Positions 1-13,700 of a stretch of 64,000 bases of DNA are shown in pieces. The notes under the pieces were generated by a model. That model did not search any database, was not told where the DNA came from, and saw nothing but the letters and a program-made list of their open reading frames with translations. The first letter of the stretch is position 1. Each line of letters begins with the position of its first letter. The stretch is from the NCBI RefSeq assembly GCF_006345805.1, contig NC_043009.1:21142001-21206000 (forward strand), given 5' to 3'. A program made the position numbers and the translations under genes. The DNA comes from Octopus sinensis. Taxonomy: Eukaryota.

Positions 1-290
1 AGTGCCTGCCACGTTTGAGAAGCAGGTATGTAACTCCATCGAGACCAGGGGAGGCATAGTTGCGCTTATTTTGAAGGTGACGTCGCAGCATTGCAGGTGT
101 AAATTCCATAGTTGTTATGGAGTTTGCTGTTAGTGATGGTGAAGATGGTACATCTTGACTTTCAACAGTGAATATGTTTGCATAGCACTCGGCAATGAGT
201 TCTGCGCATTCCTTGGGGTCGTCAGTGATCTGGTTTGTGTGAGGGTTGCGAAGAGGGCCCACTGGAGAGTGAGGTCTCTGCTTTACAGGA
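1..290 (-). mobile_element. CR1/L2-like LINE fragment (region just upstream of the RT domain)
   Basis: Minus-strand translation gives ...GPLRNPHTNQITDDPKECAELIAECYANIFTVE...HLQNKRNYASPGLDGVTYLLLKRG, the typical F.SVFT...SPG.DG lead-in to LINE RT; cut by the window edge. Confidence 0.7.
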
Positions 291-294
291 TGGC

Positions 295-1330
295 ATCATG
301 CATAATGGTTGACATAGCAGCATCTTAGTCAGTTGTTACAAAGGTAAAGGAAATGCCTTAGACAGAAGTAACTACAGAAATATCAATTTACTGGACCTAG
401 TTTTGAGGGTCACTGAAAGGGAGTCATAGCCCAATTAATTAGGAACATAGTTAATGTAGATGAGCTGCAGTTTGGTTTTGTATGGAGAAAAGAACTACTG
501 ACATTCTCTTTATAGTTCTACAGCTGCAGAAATATTTAGTAAAAAGTAAGCCATTGTATTTAGCATTCATCAACCTGGAGAAAGTCTTATGACAGGGTAC
601 CTTGCTCCCTCATCTGGTGGGCACTGCAGAAACTAATAGTAGATGATTGGCTTGTGAGAGCTGTTCAAGCCATGTCTAGAGATATTGTCAGTAAAGAGAG
701 TTAATAATGAGTACACCAATGCATTTAGTGTGCAGGTAGGAATTTGTCAGGGTTCGGTTACCAATACCTTCCTATTTATCATACTCCTCCAAGCAATAAT
801 GGAAGAATTTAAGACTGGTTGCCTCTATGTTGATGACCTTATTCTTATAGCTGAAATGGTAGTAGACTTAGAAATGAAACTCCAGGTGTGGAAGCAAAAC
901 CTGGAATCAAGGGGTCTTAAAGTTTATCTAGGAGGCTTAATTAGCTGTGGAGAACAATTCTCTGAAAGTGTAGTTACTAGAATGAGTACCAGCTGGAGAA
1001 GGTTCAGAGAATTTTACTCTATTGGAATCTCTCTATCTATGAACATCAGTGCTGTGTGGTTGGGAAACTTGGGTTGCAAATACAGAGGACATGTGAAGAC
1101 TAGAAAGAAATGAAACCAGTTGGCTCTGCTAGATGTTCAGTGTCAGTGTGCATATACAACTAAATACAAATGTGCTGAGAGAAAAATTGGGCATAAGAGG
1201 CATCAGATATGGTGTGAAGGAAAGAAGATTGCACTGGTGTTGTCAGGTGAGTATAAAGTTGTCTAAAGAAGTACCAATCACTAAACGTGGAACCTAGGAA
1301 GTGGTGAAAATTGAGTACAAAATGTCGAGA
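295..1330 (+). mobile_element. Decayed RTE-clade LINE, RT region
   Basis: Broken frames contain GKGNALDRSNYR, QFGF, LYLAFINLEK..DRVP, GICQGSV, LYVDDL (YADD equivalent) and WRRFRE; many stops and frameshifts. Confidence 0.85.
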
Positions 1331-1723
1331 GTCTGAGGGGAAATGACAAGGAACTGAGATGAATGGTGATATGCTGTGCTTCTCCACAGAACCAAGGTTC
1401 TGTCAAGCCTCATCTTCTAACACCCATTCTTCCATCAATCTTGTGTTACCCTATTTCCTTTCTTCACTTCTCCTTCACTGAACTGATATTCTCCTCTTCA
1501 TCCAACTTATTCCATATCTTTTACCATTTGCCACACCATTTTCACCCAGTGCACTTCTCTACTCATTTACCTTTCCTACTCCTCTACCCTATTCTCTCTC
1601 TCACATTCACTTTGAACCTTAATCTTTTCCTAAAATCTTTCCAAAACATCAATTTGCAACAAATTTTAGCAGAATTCAAAAACATATTTCTTCACATTTG
1701 AAAAAAATGTTTTTTTCTCTTGT

Positions 1724-1725
<2 letters not shown>

Positions 1726-1759
<34 letters not shown>
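1726..1759. repeat. Poly(A) tract, 34 nt
   Basis: Direct reading. Confidence 0.9.
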
Positions 1760-1761
<2 letters not shown>

Positions 1762-2243
1762 CACCAAAAACCTCCTCACAAATAAAGTGCTAATGAAAAC
1801 AACCAACAAAGAACAGAAGAATACTTTTTGTTGGATTCCAAAGTAGATTTTTTAACAATAGTCCGAAAAAAACTATTTAAATAAACTGAGTGTTTTTATA
1901 GATTTAAAACCAAGTAAAATGTTCCCTTAAATAATGTATTGTTAGGGGTTTCTCCTTCACATCTGTAATCCACTCAGTAGGTAATTCCCTGTTTATAAGC
2001 TTGGTTTATATCTGAACTACCTAGATATTCATTAAAATTTTAGAATTCTTCATGCTAAACTTTCACTGGGTAAATTTAAAGGGGGAAAATCAGTTAATAG
2101 TAGCTTTGCCTTTAACCTACAGCATGTGTTACAGAACATGGAAAGACAGGCTCTCAATGTCCCTTCTCCAAAGATCTGGAAAAATATTGGCCAGCTGTTT
2201 GATTAACATCAAAAACTGCAGTTATGACAACATAAGTTATATA

Positions 2244-2642
2244 TATATACTAGCAGTATCATCTGGCATTGCTTGTGTTTGTTTCGACCCTTTAGAATTG
2301 GAATTTTTGAAAAGTAAAAATTTTGCATTATGTAGCTTGTTATTCTCTTTAAGTGAACATTTTTCTGGTTGAAATACACGGGAAAATGGCGACACAGCAG
2401 TAAAAAAAATCGTAAAATATAGGGATTTTCATAGAAAAAAAGCACCTTTTTGATGTAAATAATTTTTGGTCTTAACATGGTCCGATTTGAATTTTTTCTT
2501 GTATGGAATGAAGAGCAAGCCTTCTTCTATCATACTCTCAATTTTGGTCAACTTGCACCGCAGGGTCTCGGAGGAGATAGGGTTAGTTGAAGGCTACCAA
2601 ACCTGCCACACACAGACAACTTCAGCTTTATATATATAGATT
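2244..2642 (+). mobile_element. Non-autonomous Helitron/Helentron-like (HINE-type) element
   Basis: Starts ACTAGCAGTATCATCTGGCATTGCT inside a TA tract, similar to the heads at 37342 and 39307; ends ...ACAACTTCAGCTTTATATATATAGAT like their tails. Class assignment is inference. Confidence 0.5.
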
Positions 2643-2933
2643 AAGAGCACTTTCCGTTCGATTTTGGAGGCGATTCGGTCTGCAAAATAATTCTCTCATT
2701 TTGAGCTATATTTTGACACTATTTTCAACTGAGAACTCCTTAAAAAGGCACACTCAAAACTGATAGAATTTGCATTTTTCAAGCTAGAGAATTCAAACTT
2801 GCTCCAATCGATTCAGGAAATTTTTCTACGTATATATATGCTCATATAAGAAAGCTTTTAGGACTGAAGAGAGACAAGGAAAAATTGAATATGTAACAAT
2901 CAAATTTCTTGTAAATTCTTAAAATTTTCTTAC

Positions 2934-3071
2934 CTTTCGAACAGTGTGTTCCTGTATAACCTAGGATACATCCTTCTAAACAAGATCCATTGAAATGTTG
3001 GCATGTTTGGTTATAACAGGTGTGGTTACATTTCTTGGAACAATCTTGCCCAAAGTAGGTACGAGGACATG
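2934..3071 (-). CDS. EGF-like repeat exon (138 nt)
   Basis: ttacag|CA TGT...AAA G|gtaag; [45 protein letters not shown]. Confidence 0.93.
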
Positions 3072-6000
3072 CTGTAAGATGAATAAAATACATAAAAAGA
3101 AAAGTGGTTCTTTAAAATTAAGCAGAAAACAATATTTTGCTTGCAAGAATTTAAATTTCTGCTTAATTAAAAAGGAAGTCTATCATGTTAACAAATGCAT
3201 TGGTAAGAACATAAGATAATTCTTTGATTAGGAGACACCATTACACATTTCTAGTTCCTAATGATTAAAATTCTGAATCCAAAGATATTAGTCCATAGGT
3301 GGAGTTTATAGAAATGTTCTGTAAATTTGGTCAATTTGAGAAGTGAAGAATGTTTTAGGTCTTTACATTTTCTTGCTTTTTTCTTTCCTTTTTCTTTTTG
3401 GCAAGTAAGGAAAATAGTAAATTTGATGTTATCCCATTCAGTACCCTCAAAATGATAAAACTAATTTCTCTCTTTTGATCTCAGACAAAGAGTAATGTCC
3501 TAAAACATTTCATTCTATTTTTCATACACCAACAGAAAATGATCAAATTAGATGTCAGATTCACAAAAGTAGTCTTCCAACTGTCACCCATACTCACAGG
3601 TCATTTTGAAGATTTTGAAAATGTCATTGGGTTATTGATGCATGTATTTTTACAAGTCTACCCATGACCTTGAAGATAGTTGGACTACTTCATAGAAGCA
3701 GCCCTACCACCTACAGCTAAGGTTATAGAAGTGCTGCGACATTTAGAGAAGAGACCAAGAAGTAGGATTTTAACTTAAAACATAAATAATTGTGAACTGA
3801 AGAGAACTGAAGTAATTAACCTTTTTGATAGCAAACTGCCTTTGAGTAACTCTGATTCTATGATACCAACTTCCTGTGTTAGAGTCATTCAAATTTATAC
3901 TCTTCATCAAAATTTCCTGTTAATTTATGTTTCAAACACTAGTGCAATAACAAATTTTCTATTACTAAATTCTTTGTTATTTTAAAAATCAACTGAAATA
4001 AAAGCAGGGCATTTGAGCAGAAATATGGTAACAAAACTCATCACTTGGATTACAAACTGACCGTTGGTCACATACACTGTAAACGAAATAAGTGAAACAT
4101 TTGAACAGGTAAGCTGAACACAAGTAAATTAAGCATGGTTTACCTCATCAATTTAATACCTAATCAGGAAGGAATGTTATTAGTGTAAAATAATTAGAAC
4201 TAGACGAAAGCGAAATTTCCCAAACATCTATTTATGTTAGCAATAAGAGATTTCTCTCAACACACAGAAGTAGGCTAAAGAAGAATGCTTAAGTTAGTGG
4301 TAATATATTTAAAGAATGAACTGTTAAATATGATAACTAGAAATAATCAGGTAGTAGAGAAATAAGCACAGAGACTAATATTATTTATGGTCTTTGGCAA
4401 GAATGGAACTCCAGAGATGTTTTGGTCTTATTATGATCTCATCACACAAGTCAAAGATCAAAATGGTGCTGAATAGATTACTTAGTAAATGTATAGTAGT
4501 TGGTGTATGAAAATAGAGCTGTTTAGAGAAATATGGATGGCATCTAAGAAATATTTTACAACCATTAAATAGAGTAAACACTAACTGAGTTATTTATTCA
4601 TTAAATAATTAGATTAGTTTTATACAAACTAATGCAAAATCTTGCAAATTTATTTAATGATTCTTTCATTGCTACTTCAGTAAGTACAGCAAAGTCTATG
4701 CTTTACTGATGAGGTGATTATAAGAATGAAACACGTATGGTATTGTCTCCCAGTCATTGACAAATATTGTTTTCTCTTCTCCACTGTAAAAATATTTCTA
4801 GTTAACTTTTTAATGCCCTCTACATTAAATATACCACTGCTACTGCCGCCACCACCACCATTTAATTTCTGCTTTCCATGCTGGCATGGATCAGATGGCT
4901 TGACATGGAGCTGGCTAGCTGGGAACTGTCCAGACTCTAATTGTCTGTTGTGACACGGTTGCTATGGCTGGATGCTCTTCCTGATGCAAACCACTTAACA
5001 GAGTGTGCCGGCTGCTTTTTATGTGCCATTGGCACGGGTGAGTTTTTGCAGCACTAACATGGATGCTTATTATGTGGCACCAGCACCTGACAGCACAGGC
5101 CTGTATGTGGGAAAGACAGTGATTTAACTATCATATTTAATATTTCCTCCATTAAACATATTAACACAAAAAAGGCACCCAGTTCCTTCTGTAAATTGGT
5201 TGGCATTAGGAAGGGCATCCAGCTGTAGAAACTCTGCCAAAGCAGACACTGGAGCATGATGCAGTCTTTGGACCTATCGGCTCCTGTCAAAGCATCCAAT
5301 CTATGCCAGTATGGACAATGATGATGATGATGACTAATTATTATATTTAACATTCCCTACATTAAATATATTGGCACTAACTTATCTATTGATTTCCACA
5401 CGGATGAGTATTCCTGAATTATTAAGTAGAGAAGATTGTGTCAGAAGTGAGGAGATGAATGTAAAAAGTCAGAAATGAATTGACTGTGATCTAGCAGAAA
5501 TATTGAGTGGCCAATAAAGTGAACAGACATAAATGGTCGTGTGTTATGCATGAAATGTCCTGCAGGGACATGAAATATAGTTTGAATAATAGATGAAGGG
5601 TGAAAAGTAGTCAGTGTGTAATGGATATGTATGAGACAAGGTAAAGAAGGTTGAGAGAGAGAGAGATATTAAAAGAGGGGAGGGAGTGAGAAAGAGGGAG
5701 AAAAGAGTGAGAGAGAGAGAGAGAGAAAGTATCAAGGTAGACAGATGACGTGTTTTGTACTCTATTGAACCCTTGGTAGTAAAACAAATAACAGAAAGCT
5801 TCAAAGAGCCAAAAAGGGTTGGATCAGGTCTGGTATGGAGCTAAAAAAACAACAATGTGAAGCATAAAAAGAAATAAGAAAAAAAAGAATTGACAAACCT
5901 GTGATGCAAAGTGGATTTAGATAGCCAGGTTCACAACCTTTATTACAAAACCCAGTGACATGGTGACATTTTCCATCTACGCAGTGTTCACTGCAAACTG

Positions 6001-9000
6001 TCATGCATCCACTTCCATAAAATGGATGTTCACAAGCTGAAATTATAAAAAATATTTCATCTTTTATTATTCCCTTAGGTGGAGAGAGTAAAAATATTTT
6101 CGAAATATTTTGAGGTTTAACTCTGATATCTCCCTTTTGCAGCCAGTTTCTTTAATTATGAGCAAAACACTTCATTTCACATTGCTCCAGTCCCCTCAGC
6201 TGTAAATGGGACACCCTACGACAGAGCAGCTAAAATGATGTGAAGCATATTGTAACCAGCAATATTGTAACATTGTAATCAGTAGATATGGATACCACAA
6301 TTTATTCATGTATTTGAAACTGTGTGTAAGAATTAAATAATTAGCTAAATCATAATAAAACAAAAATGAGCGACAATCAGTATGCTTTTTTTGTTTTATT
6401 CAATGGAAAGATTTTTCTGTTAACAAAAACAAACAAGGGTTTATGTCTTCTTTTGTTTGATCAACTAATAACAGTAAAGAAATAAAAGATAATTTATTTT
6501 ACATTTTAATTGGATTGATTAGTAATTAATCATCTGATGTTTTATATTCCTGGACATATCCATGAAACCAATCTGAAGACCACACATTGCACACTATCTA
6601 ATAATCTGATAATGGAATGCTAGTTCAAATCTAATCTGAGATCATGTACATCTCCAAGGATAAGACACATGATGATGAGTGCAATTTAAACTGATCCAAA
6701 AAATAGCATATTTTCAAAAGATATCGATTATAATCTGGAAAATTGTGTTAATAATCAATAGCATTCAGACTTTAGAAATATTCTATCTTTGTGCTGCCAT
6801 AAATTCAGGGTTTTTTTCTTTTTAAATAAATAAAAAAGCTTTTTCTCTTTACTTCAAATTCAGTTCCTGTGACTACTTTTTATATTTTTGTATCAAATGT
6901 CAGTATTACAGTTTTGACAGTAATTCTTGCTGTTTGGTTGAGTTAATGAGGTCAAAAAACAAATTTCATAAAACTAAAAATTCTAAATTTTTTTCATTTT
7001 ATTTGTAAATAGACTAACTTTTTTAAACAGTCATACATTCTAAAAACATTATACATAGATAAATAATTTCATATAGAGTATTTTAACAATTGAAAATGTT
7101 CTTACAATTGAAAGTAAAGGGTTTATCTCTAAGATCATGAGTCAGTATTAATCTTTTATAAAACCAATCCACCTCAGACCTCTAAACCTTCATTATTTAC
7201 TTTAATATCTTAGAATCTTATTAGAATATGAATAATATACATTTTATTTAGTCAACACCAGTATAAATCAATATTTACAGTTGCAATGTATTTTGTAAAA
7301 ATCCTCCCTAAATCTTGAATATACTGAAAATTAATTAATACACAAGTGTAATAAATTCATTAAAAGTACCACCTCAGCATCAATGTTCTTGAACAATGCA
7401 CTGAGCTTTTTACTGTGTAGCTTGACAGATTAATATCCTTTTCAGGTGACTGGGGCCACATTAGAGAAAGAGGTAGCTTTATGCTTGGTTGTGAAAAGTT
7501 GAAGCATGAAGGAAAAACACCAGAACAAGTTTCTTCCTGCAGAAGAGAAACAAGGCTTCTTGCATTGTACAAAAATGGATGGGAAAAATGAGTGGAGGGC
7601 TGGGAAGTGAGATGAAGATGTCAGAGTTGGCCCTGGGGAGAGGAGAAGAGAAAGTGAGGTTGGGTAGAAGCAGCAAAAGTGTATAGAGAGTGAGGGGTGG
7701 TAAGAAATGGAATAGAAGTATTGAATATACTGAAGGATGAACACGGGTGGGATGGTACTACTACTACTACTACTACTACTAGGATTCTTCCCTGTTAGGC
7801 AATTTTGATTTTGATTTTAAATATTTAAGATTTATAAAGTAGTCTTGGATCATTAATGAAAATATTCTTAGAGAACTTACAGGTATCACATCGTTGACCT
7901 TGGTACCCAGGATTACAATATTTCGTGCAATGTCCATTGACATGATTACATTCCTGATCAACACAAAATTTACTGCAGTTGTTTAAACATCGGAAGCCAT
8001 ATTTGTTATTACTGCAGGCTGCAAGAGAGAAAATACAAAAATAAGAAGAAAAATTGTTTTGTTAGAGAATAGTTATTTTATCTGACAATAATCATAACCT
8101 CTTTTATATACAAATTCCCTTTAGGAAACAATGATAGGAAACAATGTTATTATTTCTATTGTTGATCTCAAGAGGTGAAGTTTGTTTTCGCAGTTTTAGC
8201 GTGAAGAATAGAGAAATGCGGCTGCGGCCTTTACCTGCTTTCCTTTACTGATCCTTTACTGAATTGCACATTAAAACAATGTGAGAACCATTTAGGTTTC
8301 TCTAAGAACTTACTTGAATTACAATAGTGTCCTTGATAACCTGGCACACATCCATTAATACAACGTCCATTTATGTGGTTACAGGTTTGATGAAGACAAT
8401 TTGCACTGCATTTCCTAGTACACTGGTAACCATAAGTATGTCGGTTACATTCTGTAAAATGAAGAAATTTTTTTTAAATTGTGAAGAATTTGAATATTGA
8501 TTTCTTACAAAAGTTAATAAATTTGTATCATCCTGTAGTTGGATGTGGGGAGACTGAACCAAAGTTATAAAACTCCAACAAATAATTTTTGCTGATTCAG
8601 AGCATCATTGATGGATTATCTAACATTGTCATACCTTTACAGTTCAGGAAAGTGGTTCCTACAACTGATATTATTTTTGTTGGTTCTAGTAGGATTTGAA
8701 CTCAGAATATAAATGTACATTACCACATGCTATGCCAATTGCCTAATACCCTACTAATTTGTCCTAATGCTAATGTCAATATCAATAATCTAAGAGAAGA
8801 GGATGTCAGTGAGGAAAAGAAATGAAATGCCAACAGAATCTCTATGTGGTCATTATACCAGCTAGAAATAGCAGCCAAATTTCCTTCAGATCTAAATCTT
8901 TTAAACAAGGACAGAATAGAATAATCAGGACTAGAATGCTCTCTTGGTTATAGTTCTACATGTTCAAGGCTTATTTTGAGCAAAACAACAACAGCAACAA

Positions 9001-9414
9001 AAAGGCAACCATTTGGTGAGCTGAGTTCAAGAGTTGGTCTCAAGTCCCAGACAAGGATCAAAGTGGCTATATAGGACTAACATGGTCATGTAAGAACAGT
9101 ATGGCCATGTAGGAACAATACTACCACATAGGATCAATTTCGCCATATGGTACCAAGCTATCAACCTGTTCTTAATGTCATGAAGAGTGAAACTAAAGTA
9201 CAACTGTTGAAATCAAAATTATATCTACTAACTGTTTTCTGCATAGCTGTGTGTTTAAAAGTTTGCTTCCCAACACATAGTTCTGGGTTCAGCCCCACTG
9301 CATAACACCTTGCACAAGTGTCTTTGGGCCAACCAAAGCCTTGTGAGTGGATTTAGTTCATGGATTTAGTTCATGGAAACCGAAAGAACCTTGTTGTATG
9401 TATATATATGTTAG

Positions 9415-9446
<32 letters not shown>

Positions 9447-10714
9447 AGAGGCGCAATGGCCCAGTGGTTAGGGCAGTGGACTTGCAGTCGTAGGATTGTG
9501 GTTTTGATTCCCAGATTGGGCATTGTGAGTGTTTATTGAGTGAAAACACCTAAAGCTCCACGAGGCTCTGGCAGAGGGTGGTGGCAATCCCTGCTGTACT
9601 CTTTCGCCACAACTTTCTCTCACTCCTTCTTCTGTTGGCCTGCTCGCTTAGCCAGTGGGGTGGCGTCATTTGAAGGCTAAAACATTGTGACCAGCGATGT
9701 GTAGCAACATCTGATAGCCTGGTCGGTCACAGTGACGGTGATATATATATATATATTCATGTATCTGTCTATGTGTCTGTGACTTTGTGTTTGCCCCCCC
9801 CCTCCCCATAGCTTGACAACTTGTGTTAGTTTATTTATGTTCTTGTAACTCAGCAGTTCAGCAATAGAAACTGGTTGAATAAATATCAAGCTTGAAAAAA
9901 ATAGGTACAGGGATTGATTTGTTCAACTAAACCCTCAAGCTTTAGTCCAATGATTGAAACAAGTAAAAAGCTATATATATATAAAACATTGATTAGAGAA
10001 CAAACATGAAATTCGAGTCAATGACTTTATATAACACCATGCTTCCATATATTTGATCATATATAAATATTACTGTGGCCTTTAACATATAAAAAGAATA
10101 CATATATAAAAAGCATAGAAGGTAAAAAAATATATATGCAAATAAAAATACAAATATACAGAATGGCCTATCAAGAAGGTATGTACAATCAACTAAAAAT
10201 TCTAAAGCATGTCGAGCAACTAAAAACCTAAATAAAATATCAATCGACTAAAAAATTGTTTTTACTCCCCTCAATTAAAAATATGTAAAAAAACTTCATT
10301 TCATAGAAACCATGGTGGGTGAAAGTCTAGGAGCATAACAGAGTTCAACAAAATCAAACCAAACACATCTATGGCCATTTTGGGAATTCACTGCTGCGGT
10401 TCGATGAGTTAAGGTGCATCTCAGCAATGACCCCCTCATCAGGAGGATCAGGAATCTCAAAAATTAGTCGTTCATGGGGAATAACATTATATATGTGTGT
10501 GTGAATGTGTGTGTATATATTTACATATGTATCAAGGGTTGAATAGAAAGAATACAACAAGGAGAAAAGTTAGATCAAAGCAGAGTAAATGGGAAAGTAG
10601 ATAAAAACTAAATGGACAGGAAATTAGATGACATGATACATGGAATATTTACAGCTGAGTTTTCCTCTTCGGTCAAAGACAAAATATCATAGCAGTTTTA
10701 TGCTAATGCATGTA

Positions 10715-10750
<36 letters not shown>

Positions 10751-13700
10751 AAATAAAATGGATAGATAGATAGATAGATAGATAGATAGGTATACATGTG
10801 TGGGTGTGTGAGCATGTGTATAGTGTTTTTTATTCTCAATTATTTTTCAATCAAAAAGCACTGCCTTCAGTGCTTTTAGCAAAGGTAACTCAAACAGAGA
10901 GAGACATAACTGGCACAGAACCAAATACCAAATGGTATTTTTGTTTATTGCACTGATCTTGCCAGCTCTATCTGATATGCTCACACACACACACACACAC
11001 TCGATGAGTTATACATGGTTTCCATCTACCAATTTCCCAGTCAAGGCTTTAGATAATGTAGACATTATGATAAAAGGCAGATTTTCTCTGCCTCCCAAAC
11101 CGTTCGTTTTTTATACAATTCTACAATATAGAATTTCTTCAATTGGAATTTACCTATCATTTTTCCAAGTAGATTCCATTGGGTCATGGCATGTAAAGTT
11201 TTTTCAATTTCACCCCCAATTAAGCAAAAATTCGAGAAAACTCAATATTTTACGATTTCCCTCTTTCATTTCAAGTGCTTCACTCCTACCATTACCACTA
11301 CACTTTCTCCTCCTTTCTCTTTGCAATTGTGCAACAATTAAAGTGAAAGTATTTATATAAAAGGGATGAGCAATTAATACTGGTCATCCTTTTTGCTAGA
11401 AGAAGATCCACTATGGTCTTATATGCTACACCACTGGTTTTCAATTCATATTAATCAAATTAATATTCAATTTTTCACCCTTATTATGTGTGTGTGTATT
11501 AGCAATTCGTATAAAATTGCATCAATGACTTGAACTTGAATAAGTGGTTTCACATAAATGGGGATACATTAAAAAGGTTTGTTGTTATTATTATTACTGT
11601 TTGACTATTGTAATCACGTTTGTTGGTTCCTCGTCAGGGAAACGTTGTTGTGTTGCATTTGTTAAATAATTGTAAACCGTAACCCTCCCCCTTTCGGAGA
11701 AGGGTCTTTGGTTATTGTTTTAAAATTGAATTGTGTCCCTGTTTGGGGAAATTGACAATATTTTCACCGTCTTTACGGAAGCATTTTTGTTAAAATGCCT
11801 TCCATAGAAGAAAGTCCAAAAATGAATTTCGCTGCAGCCGTACAAGAGGGAGGACAAGATCCAATTGATCGAAATTGCAAGAGACAGGCCTACAATTCCA
11901 GTCTGTTATATATTTTGAGTATTGTTATCACTAGCGATATCAAGATATAACTTTCTGTTTTGTATTTTATGTGTAGATGTATATATATATATAGATGTAC
12001 ATGTAATATGTACACATATATATACACATATATACATGCATAATATATCTACCCATACACACACACGTACACATATACATAGGAGCAGGTGTGGCTGTGT
12101 GGTAACAAACTACGTTCGAAGATACTGTACTTGATATGGGCGGTAGTGCCTTGCCGGTCTATGACCTACCTTCAACAAACCGGGAAGGCACAAACACTCT
12201 GTCTTCACATTTGTTGCGTGAGACATGTTTTAATGTTGACGAGCTTGCCGAGTACATAGCCGACAATGAGCCAAAGCTCCTTCCAGAACAGAAGTTCGCT
12301 TACAACTCTGTTGTTAATTTAGTCCGGGCCAAAGCTGTGGGGATATTTTTCCTGGACGCTCCTGGGGGCACTGGGAAAACTTTTGTCAACAAATTAATAT
12401 TGGCTGACATTAGGCGAACACAAGGCATTGCCCTAGCTATGGCATCATCTGGAATTGCGGCTACTTTGTTGCCAGGCGGCAGGACAGCTCACTCCACTTT
12501 CAAGCTTCCGCTTGACTTAGCGAAGACTGAGACACCAACTTGCAACATCAGTAACAGCTCCGATCAGGCAGAAGTCTTCAGATGATGCAAGCTTATCGTT
12601 TGGGATGAATGCACGATGGCCCACAGAGGTGATCTTGAGGCACTAGATAGATCTCTCAGAGACATCAAACACTCTTCAGCTCCCATGGGAAGCATAACAC
12701 TTCTTCTTTCAGGGGACTTCCGACAAACACTTCCCATTATTCTCAAAGGGACTAGAACTGATGCAGTAAGTGCTTGTCTTAAGTCATCCACATTGTGGCC
12801 ACTGGTGAAGACTCTCAAACTTCACACCAATATGCGTGCTCATATCAGCAGCATTTTCTCACACCCTCCTTGCACTTGGCGAAGGCAAAATACCAGGGGA
12901 TGAAAATGGTAATATTGCCATCGATTCCATTTGTACCATTGTTAAAACGCCTTCTGATCTCAGAGATGCAGTGTTCCCAGATCTACAAGCTAATTATCAG
13001 AATATGGATTGGATTGGCCAAAGGGCTATTCTGGCCCCAAGGAATAAAACTGTTCACCATATTAATGATGAAATGCTAAACTCATTCCTGGGGATGTCTA
13101 TGTATATAAGTCTATCGATACAACTCCTGACCCAGAGGACGTCATCAACTATCCAATAGAGGTACTCAATTCCTTTGAGCCCCCCGGACTACCACCACAC
13201 ATTCTCAAACTTAAAGTTGGTGCCCCTATAATGCGCATTAGAAATTTGGTTCCCCCAAAACAATGCAATGGCACACGTTTGATCGTTAAGTCCTTATCTC
13301 CCACCGTAAACTTATATCAATATTTGCCTGAATAATCATCATAATTCAGTGCAATCATTAATAGTACTTTCAAGCAATTCAGCCCCGAGCATCGCCAGGC
13401 AATTCTGCTAGTTATAGCTAAAACAATGATTGGATGGTCAAAGATGGAATGTCTTTGATCATATGTCTACCCAATCTTGGCAGACAAGGGTTAAACAACA
13501 ATGATTAAAATATAGGAGGTTTAAATTGAATACTTACTGGCTAGGCAGTGGCCACCTTTGAAACCAGGCAAACAGCCTTTTGTACAATTTCCAGTCTCAT
13601 GATGACAAAGTTGGTCAATGCATGTCTCACTGCAATTCTTATTACATCCAATGCCATACGTATGGCGGTAGCAGACTAGAAATGAATGGAAAATATAATT

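Noticed and set aside
1363-1701. Hydrophobic 112-aa ORF suggesting a membrane protein (also 60360-60699)
   Set aside because: Arises from pyrimidine-rich low-complexity sequence.
3540-3800. Coding-like plus-strand stretch (also 33670-34520 and 14660-14960)
   Set aside because: No recognisable motif or splice signals; cannot be distinguished from decayed TE or chance.
9448-9520. tRNA-like sequence with A and B boxes
   Set aside because: No complete cloverleaf, and it runs into a SINE body; treated as a SINE head, as are the other A/B-box hits.
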